Source: Lophium mytilinum (taxonomy: Eukaryota). Taken from it: a DNA stretch of 64,000 nt. The position numbers and the translations under genes are program-made. The stretch covers positions 1,569,464-1,633,463 of the forward strand of contig MU004192.1 of the NCBI GenBank assembly GCA_010093605.1. The letters are read 5' to 3'. Under the pieces are notes generated by a model. That model did no database searches. It worked only from the letters and a program-made list of their open reading frames with translations, and was not told the origin of the DNA. Positions 12,462 through 26,491 of this stretch are shown one piece after another. Each line of letters begins with the position of its first letter. Position 1 is the first letter of the stretch.

Positions 12462-14414
12462 ATGCCGGTACCCTCGGCGTCCACGACAGAACAGTCTCCT
12501 TTGCTTTCTCGACGCACGTCTTTGTCCTCAAATGCATCAAAGTCCGTTGGCGTCCAGTCAAGCGTACATTCGGAGTCCGACGATGGCCCAGAGCCTGTAA
12601 TATCCGCCCTGAGAGGAACTGTGGTCATTGCATCTATTGGATTGCTTATTTTCCTGCAAGGTAAGTCCAATTGCGGTGACTTATGCCAGAGGGACCAGGT
12701 CTGAAAGGGGAGATTGCGCCTGTCTAGCAACTCTGTGTGAACTCGTTCATGCAAACATGTCTGACATTCCTAGCGACCAACATCAGTATCCTCACCACCA
12801 CGCAGTCAGCAATCGCGGCAGACCTCGATGCGTTCGAACAAGTCAGCTGGCTGACCTCATCGTACTTGATTGCAATGTCGAGCATATCTCCGCTCTCTGG
12901 ACGGCTCTGTCAACTTTTCTCTCCTCGAATCTGTATCTTTGTGTCCACTATGATTGTCTGCATAGGATCCATTATTACCTCATTATCATCTTCCCTTGCA
13001 GTTTTCCTCGTTGGTCGTGCTGTTACTGGCGCCGGCGCAGCTGGCATCCTCATTGTGGCGACCATCATCGCTATCCAACTGGCTGGTGACAAACAGCGAG
13101 GCCTCTATATTGGCCTCATCAACTCAGGTATGACGATCGGTGTGTCTCTCGGGGCAGTCATTGCTGGCGCGGTAGAACCTAAATATGGCTGGGTAAGTCA
13201 ACGCGTTGCGTACTGCGTTCCATCTACGGAATTGATGAGATTTTGGCTGATCGGTCGTTCAGAAAGTTCTCTTTGGCGTACAAGCGCCCTTGAGCCTCAT
13301 CGCTGGTATCTGCCTCCTTTTCGGCATTCCGAAGAAGTTCGTATCTGGCGCGAGAGCTTATACTGACCTGCCCTTGCGAATGAAACTGAAACGGGTTGAT
13401 TATTTTGGCGCGTTGACTCTTGTGAGTAAAACTACAACTCTTGATGGAACGCACACTAACACCCTCAAGACGTCGACAATCGTGCTGTTTCTTCTCGGGC
13501 TCTCTGGACCCCGTGTCCTTCCACTACCAATGATTCTTTCAGTCATCATATTTCCATTCTTCGTCATTAACGAAGCCCGCTATGCAGCAGATCCGATCAT
13601 CCCTATGACAGTGCTTCGATCCCGAGGCACTCTCCTTACCTGCTTGGCTACGGTGGGCTTCATGATGGCACGCTGGAGCATCCTGTTTTACACCCCCGTC
13701 TACGCCCTAGCGATCCGCGGTTGGTCACCTGCTGTTGCCGGATCCATCCTCATTCCGACGAACGCTGGGTTCGCCTCTGGTGGGCTTCTAGCAGGCTTGC
13801 TGCACATTCGACGAGCGGGAAGCTTCTATATGCCTAGCCTAGTTACAATGGGTCTCTTCCCCATCACCTTGTTGCTACTCGCGCTATTTAGCATACCAGA
13901 GATGCCGACTGCAGCGTACATAGTCCTCGTCTTCCTCAATGGGTTTCTCACCGGAGCAGCCCTGAACTATACCCTAGTACATGCTCTACATCTTACATTA
14001 CCCTCAGTTCACCCTATAGTTCTCTCTCTCGTTGCCACGTTCCGTGGATTCGCGGGGTCTTTCGGCTCTGCTATTGGCGGGGGACTGTTTACTCGCATTC
14101 TGCACTCGGCACTTGCAAAGGGATTTGCGGATGCAGGACTGAAGCATCGCGAAGGCTTAGTGAGGAGGCTGATGGGCAGCCCTGCCATTGTGAGGGGCTT
14201 AGAGGGCGTTGAACAGGAGGTTGCGATCAGTGCATATGTCGCAGCAGTACGGGCGTTGTTCTTCGCAGCGATGGGGCTGGCATGTTGCATGGTGTTTGTC
14301 CAGGCCGGAACTGGATGGAAGGAGGCAGTGGATCCGAACCGCAACGTCATGGAGAACTACGAAGCAGACGCAGAAGAAGCCGAGGAGGAAGATGCTCTGA
14401 TTGGGGGTGCTTAG
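12462..14414 (+). CDS. MFS transporter (DHA2/Vba-like drug:H+ antiporter or vacuolar amino-acid transporter)
   Basis: ATG 12462; introns beginning at 12661, ~13193 and ~13422. Motifs WLTSSYLIA, PLSGRLCQLFSPR, GRAVTGAGAAG; many hydrophobic helices. Confidence 0.85.
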
Positions 14415-15980
14415 ACACTGTGTATATTATGTACGATTGAAATTTGTATGATACGAAGTAGCTGCTGCGACCCATTACCTTCTTTTATGCTGCAGACGCA
14501 GAGACGCAGGCTCACCTACATCCTAGGTTTTGACTCGGGTCCTGGCTTAGAATTAAATAAGCTGTACAGTACGATAGCAACCCTCAATCAGCCAATATCA
14601 ATGCCGCCAGGAGTCACACTAAATGCACGCGTTATTGATCCGAAGCTATCTATTTATATTCGGCCGATAACGCTAAACCAAGGTACCCACAATGGGATAG
14701 CGTGAACATCACACTCCAGACCTCAAGACTTCCTGGCACCATCGCAAAGTAAGTCTTCACACTCCGCTCCCATACCTGTTCTTACATACGGTGTTCTTAG
14801 GAGTCCTCTTCGCATGTTTTCTTGAGGAAGATACACGTTCCCCGAGACCTGTTATAGCATCTCACGAGGCTATTCTGAACTACGATGCGACAACGACTGC
14901 CTCGACAACCGTCGGCGCATGGGCGTAGAGCTGGGATGCTTGGTGAATTGGAGATCTGTTGATACATCCACAGACTTTAAAATATATGTGCGAGATGTGT
15001 AGTCGCGCTCCGGTCGTTGCGAGGAGAATCTGGCATAAGTCTCTCCTCCAGGATTAAGCTGTAAAGTAGCCGGTATGATGCAGCTCGGGAACACGAGAAC
15101 GGGTAGGCAAGGCTAGGTAACTTTGACTCTACGCAATGGTAATTACCTTAGGAAGTCATTGGGCCAAACAATCTGGGACCAAAGATGTCGTAGAGCATTG
15201 TGAGCTATCCTTCCGGCAAGCAGGCATAGTAGTGGGACGGAGATTTCTCTTCTTCTCAATAGTTAGGAGAGTATTCTACTGCAGGCTAGAACATCTTGTG
15301 ACGGGCGACGAGGGCTAGCGAATCTCGGGATGGTGTATGCATCTACCCGTTGGTAGCGCGTCTGACGGGTAAGATCTTTCTAGGTGCTAGATCTGCTTAA
15401 CCGGCTCGAGGAGATGTGACCTGTCTCGAGATTCGACTACGGGTGGTGTCACGAGAGAAGTGTTCTAGAGCGACAGTGCAGAAGTCTCTTTCATCGTCCG
15501 CTGCTCCTGCGCTACCGTCACCGGCGGCTCACTTCCATTCGAACCCATATGAAAGATACTTGTTTTGTGTCGAACGCTCAGTGGACTCGTAGGCTATCGC
15601 AGCAATTGACTGAAGTGACCCGGCGGAGTGCCCGTCAGTCATATTGATAGCATGCGGATTCACAGATTACGTTGAAGCACGCGTAGTAGGAGCAGACAAG
15701 GGCGCACAGGCGTATGGCGAGGCACTGAAACACTGTAACTAGCCGTGAAGCGGGTGACGGCATGAAGGTGGCCTGGGCTTGCTGTCTCTGTTTGTTTCTT
15801 CTCACTTCCGCCGTCTGCTAGTTCTTGGCGCGCCTTCTTCTCGGGCTTCGCTTCTTCTGACGTCCTCTCTCCTTCATCTCTTCCTCGCCCCACCCCACCC
15901 CATCAACACCGCATCCTCTCACTCAATCGTTACTCCTCATCCTCACCGGTCGACGAGGACGTCGACGAACGTAGCCCGCC

Positions 15981-16908
15981 ATGGTGCGCTTCGCGAACAC
16001 TGTCAACATGGTCTCGAACCCGTACCCACCGCATAAGAACATCGCTCCGACTCACACCACCTGCGAGATTTGCGATCGCACCATCATGACCAAAGACTGG
16101 CGCGCCCACAAATCGTCCAAGAAGCATCGCGAGGTCGAGAAGAAGATCGCCGACGAGGAGAAAGCCAAGAATGAAGCCGCCAGCGCAGGCTGGGGCGCTG
16201 ACTACACCGCTGAGCCGACTCCGGCAATGAGCGAGAACGGCTGCCGCAACTGCGGAGAGGAAGGTCACTTCGCGCGAGACTGCACTGCGCCAAAGAAGTC
16301 CGGCGGTGCTTGCCACAACTGCGGAAACGAAGGCCACTTCTCGAAAGATTGCACCGAACCAAAGAAGTCCAGCGGTGCTTGCCACAAGTGTGGCGAGGAG
16401 GGTCACTTCTCTCGCGAGTGTCCCCAAGGTGGTGGAGGAGGAGGATCTCGTACCTGTCGCAATTGCGAGCAAGAGGGACACATCGCCCGCGACTGCCCCG
16501 AGCCCCGTGTTGTGAAGTGCCGCAACTGCGATGCGGTCGGACATGTCGCGAGAGATTGCACCGAGAAGAAGGACTGGTCCAGGGTCAAGTGCAACAATTG
16601 TGGCAATAGTAAGTACTTCAACACCTCGAGGCCTAATAAGCACTAACGTTAGTGTAGTGGGACACACCGTGAAGCGTTGCCCAGAGGAGATCAAAGAAGA
16701 CAGCGGCTTTGGTGGTGGATTTGGTGGCGCGTCCAGTGGATGGGGAGATGCCACCACTACGTCAGGTGGATGGGGAGATGCCTCGGGCGGTGCTGCCTCG
16801 ACCGGCTGGGGTGATGCTAGTGCTCCTGTTGCTGATACTTCGAGCGCATGGGACACCGGCGAGGCACCCAAGGACAGTGCTCCAGTCGCCGACGACGGCG
16901 GCTGGTGA
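15981..16908 (+). CDS. CnjB-like zinc-knuckle nucleic-acid-binding protein with N-terminal C2H2 finger and GW-repeat tail
   Basis: Six CX2CX4HX4C knuckles, the sixth completed across intron 16609-16657 (CNNCGN-MGHTVKRC). DWSRVKC motif; CEIC..H..H finger; repeated GWGDA. Confidence 0.85.
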
Positions 16909-17681
16909 TTGCAGAAGATCTGCGGTCCAGCTCGATATCGACCACTCCAAGGCCCTACTATGTGGGCGCAGTGTTATGGCATGGGAGGTAGTATAGTGAG
17001 ACGTCAATGGCGGATATGATGCGAAGGAGGCACAGGGCGAGCTAGCATGTTCACTCTGACTGCAGCTTCTATTAAAAAGCAATCATTCGCTGCATCCAGC
17101 CTTTGCAGTTCCTCGTTATAAGCTGCGTACACCACTTGCCACCATCCGTGGTGGATCCTTCAAGGTGCACCAAATTCTGTGAGCATCATCCTATTTGAGC
17201 GGTAGACGTTTTCTGAAGAGCCCGTAGATTGTCATTTTTCCCCTTCTGTGCTACACCCTTGCTTGAGATAAGGTATGGCTTGGTAATTGAGTAGGTGGTC
17301 GTTCTAGCGTGTCGTGTGCATCTTCGGGTGGTAGGTATGAGATTTGCAATCCACAAATTCACCAGCAGACCTCTCTCGCGTCACTCACTTACAAGACGAC
17401 TGACACAGCTATACTCTTGATCTCTCAGTATCTCGACGAAAGTTTTGGAGGATCTTGGGGGTAGCATGCATAAAGGCATGTATACCCACGCCTGTGGGAT
17501 GAGGAATGTCCCACTTCATGCAAGCTAGCCTTTCGGGCGCAAAAGTATCATTCTCATCCCTCGCGCGCGTTCTGCAAAGTCTAGGCTTGCTATTCCTAGC
17601 CTCGACGCGTGTAGCCGACATGTAGGTATATATGCGCAACCATCGGTCCTCCCCATGCACGCTATTCTCTCAATTTCAACC

Positions 17682-20042
17682 ATGGCAGTAGCCTCCTGTT
17701 CTGGCATAGCTTTGCCTTCGCTTATACTTTTCTTTCTTTGTATCACTTCTACAAATGCAAACGCTGTTCACCGTCCACAGCGTTACCCTCATCGTGTCCT
17801 TTCCCCCCGAGAGGCGGCAATCACTGTCATTCCGACACCGATTTTTTCGCCTGTTGATAACCTCCTTGGCGATGAGACGCGTTTGCTGGATGCCCTCAAG
17901 AGCTACTTTGACCATATTCGAGAACTTATCTTCACATCAACACCTTCGGGCTCGATTTTACAATCAAGTTCGGCTCCTACAACGTCGGAGGCATGGACTC
18001 CAACTTCCATGCCTTTAAGTACCGTCGGCCCCACGAGCTCGGGTATCGTGGTTCTGGAGAACGTAACCACGACTGTGATTACTACGTTGACACCGAGCAC
18101 TTCTCTCTTAATCGCAACTTCAGAACCAAGTTTCCCACCCTATGACTGGATCTTCCCAAGCCTTTCCACGGGCGTCGCTTCGGAAGTTGGCCCTCTATCT
18201 ACAGCATCCTCAGGAGTTCCCATAATATCGACCAATTTTACCTCGAGTTACAATTCTACGGGGACGGCTCACTCAGAAGGTTTGCCGCTATCCACGGCCA
18301 TTTCATCAGGGGTTCCCGTAGCATCAGCCAACTTCACATTGAGCTACGTCTCTAGCTACGCAACGATCTCAGGAAATGCCTACTCCGAAAACGGCACATT
18401 GGAGACATTCATACCTTCGCAAACACCTATTGCATCTGCTAGTGTCGGTACAAGTCCGATATGGGTCAACAGCACTACTTTCCTAGTCACTGCTACACCG
18501 ACGTTCGTCACAGCAGCAAGTTCCGTCCTTCTATCTACGGCAGTATCTGGAGTCGCCGCAACCGATGGAAACAGCACGTTGCTCCCCGTCAACTCTACCA
18601 GCCCTTTCACCATCTATGCCAATATCACACTCGTCACTACTCTCGTAGAGACAATCATAGAGACGTCCGTTTTCGTCACGGATGTACCCCTTTCGACGGG
18701 ACCGGTATCCGCTAGTGCATCCTATCCCCTCGCCAACGTAACATTTGGAGGGCCCACAGCTACTGCGAACTCAGAAGTGGTGTCATATCTCATTTCAACG
18801 GAGCTGGCATCAACCAGCGCCTCCTCTTTCACGAGCTATGCAACCTTTGACGCGCCTAACTCTTCCGCTAGTTCTGAGTATTTGCCGTCTGTGAACTCTA
18901 CTTTAGCTGGGCCGACCGCTTCCTCCTTCACGGCTCCTACCTCAGCCTTTTCTTTAATTCTAACATCTTCTGCTCTCTCCAGACCGAAGACGACTATCAT
19001 CGTCACTAGTACACGAATCCTCACTTCAGAAATAGAAAAGCCCAGCTCGTCGGCATCCACGTCTTCCCGCCCTAACACATCTGCACCGCTTTCGCCATCT
19101 CGCTCCTCCAGCGTCTCTTCCCCCCGCTCAAGCTCAAGCTCCAGTTCATCAACCTCAACCCGCACTAGCTCTACACTCTCAACCTCTACGCTTTCCATCT
19201 CTATCCGCCCAAGCTCCAGTCTGTCAGCATCAGTGCGAACCAGTTCAACCCGCTCAACCTCCATCCTATCAACCTCTACTCTTGCAAGCTCCACGACATC
19301 CTCCCTCCGCACCCCACCCACCCCCTCTCGTACCTCCACCTCCTCTTCCTCGTCCCCCTCCCCAATCATCACCTTCCCCCCCACCGCCCTGATCCCCCTA
19401 CGTACCCTCTGCCGCTCCCCCTCCGTCACAACCGTCGACCTCCCCCTCATTTCCCTCTTCTACGGCTCCTCCGCCTACCCCTCCCTCCAACCCTTCCCCG
19501 GCTGCGTCGCCGCCAACACCGTCCAAGCACGCACCGCCCCCGGGCTACTAAACTGCACCGCACTGGGCCGGGAAGTGCAGACATGCCAATCCCTCGGAAA
19601 GCGCGTGCTGCTCAGCCTAACCGGCGCCACGGCCGAAGAAAACGGGAACTCGACCGTGTTCCCCCGCGTTTCTGCGCCTGGAAGAGGCTCTATAAGACCG
19701 GTGCCGGATCGCGCCCCTGCAACGCCAGTGCACCAGCCGAACCTCTTTACGAACGCGGAGCAGGCGAGCCAGTTCGCGGCGACGCTGTGGTCGCTGTTTG
19801 GGGCGGGGAGTGTGGAGCGGTCGGAGCTGCGGCCGCTGGGGCCGGATGCGCAGGGGCTGGCGGTGCTGCATCGGCCTTTGGGGGAAGAGGTGGTGGTGGA
19901 TGGGTTTGATGTGCAGCTGCCGGAGGAGTGGCAGCAGACGGATGAGGAGGCGCTGTTTAGAGTGATGGTGGCGCGATTGAAGCAGTTGGCAGGGCAAGAG
20001 GTTTCGAAGGATTATACGGTCCTTGGGCCTAATTTTGTTTGA
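17682..20042 (+). CDS. Secreted Ser/Thr-rich protein with C-terminal degenerate GH18 class III chitinase-like fragment
   Basis: Single ORF (alternative ATG 17655), hydrophobic signal-like N-terminus, long S/T-rich stalk, then GLLNC..VQTCQSLGKRVLLSLTGA..FAATLWSLFG..RPLG..VVDGFD. Confidence 0.8.
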   Translation: MAVASCSGIALPSLILFFLCITSTNANAVHRPQRYPHRVLSPREAAITVIPTPIFSPVDNLLGDETRLLDALKSYFDHIRELIFTSTPSGSILQSSSAPTTSEAWTPTSMPLSTVGPTSSGIVVLENVTTTVITTLTPSTSLLIATSEPSFPPYDWIFPSLSTGVASEVGPLSTASSGVPIISTNFTSSYNSTGTAHSEGLPLSTAISSGVPVASANFTLSYVSSYATISGNAYSENGTLETFIPSQTPIASASVGTSPIWVNSTTFLVTATPTFVTAASSVLLSTAVSGVAATDGNSTLLPVNSTSPFTIYANITLVTTLVETIIETSVFVTDVPLSTGPVSASASYPLANVTFGGPTATANSEVVSYLISTELASTSASSFTSYATFDAPNSSASSEYLPSVNSTLAGPTASSFTAPTSAFSLILTSSALSRPKTTIIVTSTRILTSEIEKPSSSASTSSRPNTSAPLSPSRSSSVSSPRSSSSSSSSTSTRTSSTLSTSTLSISIRPSSSLSASVRTSSTRSTSILSTSTLASSTTSSLRTPPTPSRTSTSSSSSPSPIITFPPTALIPLRTLCRSPSVTTVDLPLISLFYGSSAYPSLQPFPGCVAANTVQARTAPGLLNCTALGREVQTCQSLGKRVLLSLTGATAEENGNSTVFPRVSAPGRGSIRPVPDRAPATPVHQPNLFTNAEQASQFAATLWSLFGAGSVERSELRPLGPDAQGLAVLHRPLGEEVVVDGFDVQLPEEWQQTDEEALFRVMVARLKQLAGQEVSKDYTVLGPNFV

Positions 20043-20316
20043 GGGGGTTAGAGTGATGGATTTTTGAAAAGGATTTCGTAGAACACGGTTTTGGGTGATA
20101 GGATTTTGGGGATGGGTTTCAGATTAAGTACGTATCCATAGGTGGAAAGATTTTAGTGGACGGGGTTGACTAGATTTTATTGATTCTACCGGACTTTCAA
20201 ATGGAACCTGATAACACGTGGTTTCAACCAATATAAGTTGTGATCCAGTTGGAATTGAGGGGGTGTTTGTATAATCTATTGTGAGGTTTCATGACTGGCA
20301 ACTTCGTGCAAGGATA

Positions 20317-21458
20317 TCACGAATCATCCTCAGAATGATCTACCTCATCATCCTCGAGAGCATCCTCGACTTCGTCGCCCTCGTCTCCTTCCTCAAATAC
20401 GAAGGGCACGAATCTGAAATCCACAAAGCTGACTTTGCCGGCCTCAACTTCGATCATGAATTGTAGACTCAAAACACCCTGTGCATCACCTCTCACACTT
20501 ACTTTTGTAGCCACCGCCATGGCTCTGGCGGCCTTCTGAATCATGTCAAACTTGTAAGAGTTTACCACTTTAGCGGTGGGATCGGCAAGCTGGAATGTCT
20601 CTAATAGTAACGAGGGGGACGTATCAGACTGAGTAGTGTTTGTTGCGGTGGGAGCAAAGGTAGTGGCTTTTGAGTTATTGAACTCAACTCTGGCAGATCC
20701 TAGGGATCCGCTGGCACTGAGTGCTAAGTATGGTTTCCCATCCTGCATCCGCGCTACGAGCGTAAGTCGGGTGGGTGAAGTCGAAGCCAGCTCCGTGATA
20801 GCGTCATGTAGCCAGCTGGCGCGCATGATGATTTTCAAGGCAAGATCTTTGCGAGAGAATGGAATGTCAGTTGCGAAGGCAGGTTCATAGGTCGTGAGCT
20901 CGCAGGTGGTAGTTATGGAGGCCTCCTCGAGAACCACGGAAAGAGGGGATCCAGAAGCGTCGTATCCCAAGCGACAGACGTGGTTCATGCCCAAGACGTT
21001 AGACGAGAATGCCGTAGAGGGTGCAGTATGGTTATCTCGGGCCCATGGTGGCCGGTTGGTGTTCGGGTCGGTGAGACCAAATATCTGGAGAGTTTCGAGG
21101 AGGGAAGGGAGAGATATCTGAAAGATTGGTTGATCAACTCCAGTGGCGTCAGAGTCTAGCGAATTTGGAGTAGAAGGGCGAGCGGTTGTATGATTGTACG
21201 CGTAGCTGGTGAAAAGAGACTTTTCAAGAAAGCAGAGCCCTAGAGTCTGGTCAGTCAGGTGGTCTGATTAGCGACTGCTGGGGACAACATACCCTCCATG
21301 ACACTTGACTCTTCCACACTGAATCTGAGCCCCTCTTCCGAGATGTGGACCTGTGCCTTGTCTGCAAAGCCGATACATCGAAGGAGTAAGAAAAGCTGTC
21401 TGGCCGACGCTGATACGGCGCTGAATATGGGCCCCTCTTCCACACCACGGTCCGACAT
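20317..21458 (-). CDS. rad1: 9-1-1 checkpoint clamp subunit Rad1/Rec1 (Rad17 in S. cerevisiae)
   Basis: Exons 21458-21293 and 21239-20317. Motifs IFSAVSASARQLFLLLRCIGF, TTTCELTTYEP, KIIMRASWLHDAITEL, KVSVRGDAQGVLSLQFMIE, SFVDFRFVP; acidic tail. Confidence 0.9.
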
Positions 21459-21580
21459 GTTGTCAAGCAGTAGTCGCAGAAGTGCACTGGTAAGGTGGAA
21501 GATCTTTATAGCATTTCCCAGACGTAGACTACAGATGAAACCTGGACGCCGCGCTGCCTGACGGACGGATGAAAGAGTTT

Positions 21581-21915
21581 TTAGACGTAGACACCGACGG
21601 CGCAAATCATGTATACCGCACCGAAACTGGCGATGTTAGCATCGATCGAGCATCAATCGAGGCGCAAGATTTACCCAAATGCAAGAGATGCAGGAACACC
21701 AAGCACAGGTAGAGTGACAATTGACCGGTCTGGATATATTAGCTGGGTCTGAAGCTACGAGGCTTGCTGTACGCACTCAGTCCGAAGACGCCTGTCAGGA
21801 TGAAGGCCGTGAAGAGCAGAACGGCTCCCACGACGAATTGCGAGTCCTTGGAGACGGCGGGCTGGTATGGCGAGGCAGAGGCGGCCTCCCAGATGTCGTG
21901 CAGCGGCGAAGACAT
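21581..21915 (-). CDS. OST5: Oligosaccharyltransferase subunit Ost5/TMEM258
   Basis: Three short exons with two canonical introns give MSSPLHDIWEAASASPYQPAVSKDSQF...NRSIVTLPVLGVPASLAFGFGAVYMICAVGVYV*; the GVYV C-terminus is typical of the family. Confidence 0.85.
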
Positions 21916-22142
21916 GGAGCGGAGGGGTGGACGTAGACGAAAGGTGTTGAATTGGGAGGTGTAGTCGGTGTAGTTCGATATATGTAGAATAGTCCACGCT
22001 GGCCTCACCGCGCGCCTGCCGAACGCCGCGACGCGTTTGCCAAGCCCGACATTCTTCCGATCAACACCTTCCTCCGAGTGCTCCCAACTTTGGAAGTGAA
22101 TGTACAGTGAGCAAATCCCGTGACCGCTTCACTCGCAACACC

Positions 22143-23757
<1,615 letters not shown>

Positions 23758-24142
23758 CAGCAACGACATTTGTTTGCTGGCGGTTTCGCATGTGTACTCT
23801 TTGAGACGATGAGGCGTTGGGTTGGGTATAGGAGTCCTGGGTGAGTAGGCCATCTGGGTTCTCGGGAGTTAACAGTTACACGCGCGATACCCATAGGACC
23901 CAATCGATAGAGGCATTCGGAATTTTACGTGCTTTCCGGCGTCTTACTAAAGGTTTTCGCACACTAGGTTGTCACTGCTTGGGGTGCCCCCACATTCTTT
24001 CAAAACTCTAGCTATGATATAAAGTTACGGCGGTGTGAATTAAACCCCCTTACTAACGTTCGTGTACCTAGCACTAGGGGCCCCCTGACAGTGGATTGGA
24101 GCGGCCAAGAGTAGTGTCATGACGACGAGATTTCTCCGTCTC

Positions 24143-25895
24143 TCAAGACACCATTCCGTTCTTATCCACTTTCACATTGCCCCATGAATATCCATCCCGC
24201 TGAGCTGCTTCCCATTCCTGACGAATGATTTTCTCCCGCTGCGGGCTACGTGGGATGAAACGAAGTCTGAATGGCTTCGGCACAACAATGGTTCCTTCTT
24301 CAAAAGCATCATCGGAATTGTCAAGCTCCTCTTCTTTCCTGTCGGGCCCCAAAGCAGGCCGTACTTCAAACGCCCACAGAATCTTGGCCATGGTAATGAA
24401 TACGCTATTCTCAGCAAGATGCATACCAGGACAAATGCGCCGACCAGCACCAAATCCGAAATGGTCCCTTTGCGATGGGTCCGGCATCGCCGCGTACGCG
24501 CCTGCGCGAAGCGTGTGGTCCATGTACCTCTCGGGACGAAAAGCATATGGCTCCTCATATCGATCGTCGAAGTGGACGACACTCATTACTAACGCTATAA
24601 TCGTGTCTTTGGGGATAAAGAGGTCCTTGTATACAACGTCAGCGGTGCTATAATGGGCAGCACCGATCGTGGCAACCGGCCGCATTCGAAATATCTCTTT
24701 CACGATCGCGCGGACGTATTGCAAGTTTGGCTCGTCGTTGAAGTTTGGAGTTCGCTCTTCGCCGACAACCTTTGTGAGCTGCTCGTTTGCGATCTTTTGG
24801 GCTTGAAAATTGACGGCAAGAAGTTTTAGGCCGCTGTTGATTGAGGATGCTGTGGTCTCGGATCCAGCTTCGATAAGTGCTGATGCATTCTTAGTCTGCA
24901 GTACGGCGTACTTAGTCTCGTAATCATCCAAACTTACTGCCAGCAATCCATGCCCCTTGTTCGGGAGTCAGCCCCTGCTTCTCGAGATCGATGTCAGAAA
25001 CTTGCTTCACGAAACACTCCGGGGCTTTCCCGTTTTTGATATCGCTTTGAAGCTCTTCCCATAGACCAAGCCAGATGTTTGCTTGGTTCTTATGGTATCG
25101 GAGGGCGCGTCCACGCCACGTCTGCATCCAGGTAGGTAACTTTGCAAGAATCGGAAACATATCCGCAAAAAATGCTCCCGGTATTGCTAGCATGGACAAC
25201 TCGTTCATTACCTGGTAGACCTCTTTGATATGCTTGGCGCCCTGCAACAAGGTTAAACTAGGTTAGGTTCGCGCTTTGAAAGTGCGACGAAACGGACGAC
25301 TTACCCAAGAAGCAACCCTCTTCCCATACGTACTTGTCATAACGACGCTGGTTGTGTATCTCCTGGTATGCGCATAGAACTCCGCGCCGCTCTTGTTGTC
25401 CGTCAAGTAGTCCCACAGCAGCTGCTTCGCCTCGAACTCCTGGCTTGGCTTGAACGTATCCGATACCTTTGGTGTCAGTAGCTTGTGCACAACACTCCGC
25501 ACCGTTCGCCATCTCGGCGTGTACGGCATCACAATCGTGCGCATGCCGCCGGAGACTAGCTCGTTGAGCACTGGCATCGGTGGCCGGCTGGAGGTGGACG
25601 CGGATTGCTTATCCATGATTTCTTTGACGGCAGCGGCGCTGCATACCATGGCCCAATTGTGGCCGCCCAGGGAAAGGGAGAAGACGTCGCCGTATTGTTT
25701 GGCCCATTGTCGAAGTTGCTTCTGCGGGTGGGCGTCGAGTTGGAGGGTGTTGCCGACGAGTGGCCAACCGTGTGGACCGGGAGGTAAACGGAGGCCTTTG
25801 GGGACTGTAGTTGCGCTTCTAGTTCTCAACACGAGGAAGAGAACGGATAGGAGGCCAATTGCAGGGATGAAAAGGGAGAGGTTGGTGAGTGCCAT
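24143..25895 (-). CDS. Cytochrome P450 monooxygenase
   Basis: Three exons. N-terminal TM plus LPPGP, AGSETT I-helix, KEIFR (ExxR), FRPERY, FGFGAGRRICPG heme motif; frame intact across both introns. Confidence 0.95.
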
Positions 25896-26491
25896 TTTAA
25901 AAGGTCGAGAGACGGAACGCGAGCGTGGTTGAAGAGGTATACTATGGAGATTTCTGTACTAATTGTCTTTATACTCGATAAAGCTAAGGTATTTTTGACG
26001 CACATGTTCTGGGTAGAGTAGCTGGTATTATGGGAGGGGAAGCTTGCCGAGTTGAGGATGCCTGCAGGAATAGTCCGACGCACGACCGGCACGTAGCTGA
26101 CAGATGCTCTTGCGACGTGTGAAGTGGTGACGTTGGATCCGTAGAATCGATTGGTCACATTAGAATACCATGTCACAGCTCAATCGATTCTAGTCCCACC
26201 TATACACTCTACCGCTTCTCTTACTCACGCCGTCCAGCCTATGGCATCACTCTTTTAGATCGCCTTAGTTCATAGGTATGAGCAATTTGAAGCCAGCTTG
26301 ATTTCCAAAGCTTTCCATTGTGTGTTACGTCTTGCTAGGTTGCAGGGGCTCTCAGCAATAGGGAGCGATTCAACCTTTACCTTTCTGGTTGGCAAGGTAA
26401 AATGTGATCTATTATAGTGCTTGCAATGAAGTGGCTCTCTATTCAGATCACGGAATCTGACAAACTCATATTCTGTGAAGCTACGGAACTC

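Noticed and set aside
15930..16871. 313-aa minus-strand ORF
   Set aside because: Antisense shadow of the zinc-knuckle gene.
23960..24095. Possible terminal inverted repeat at the left edge of the redox cluster
   Set aside because: Only loose GGGG/CCCC similarity; no matching partner found at the right edge.
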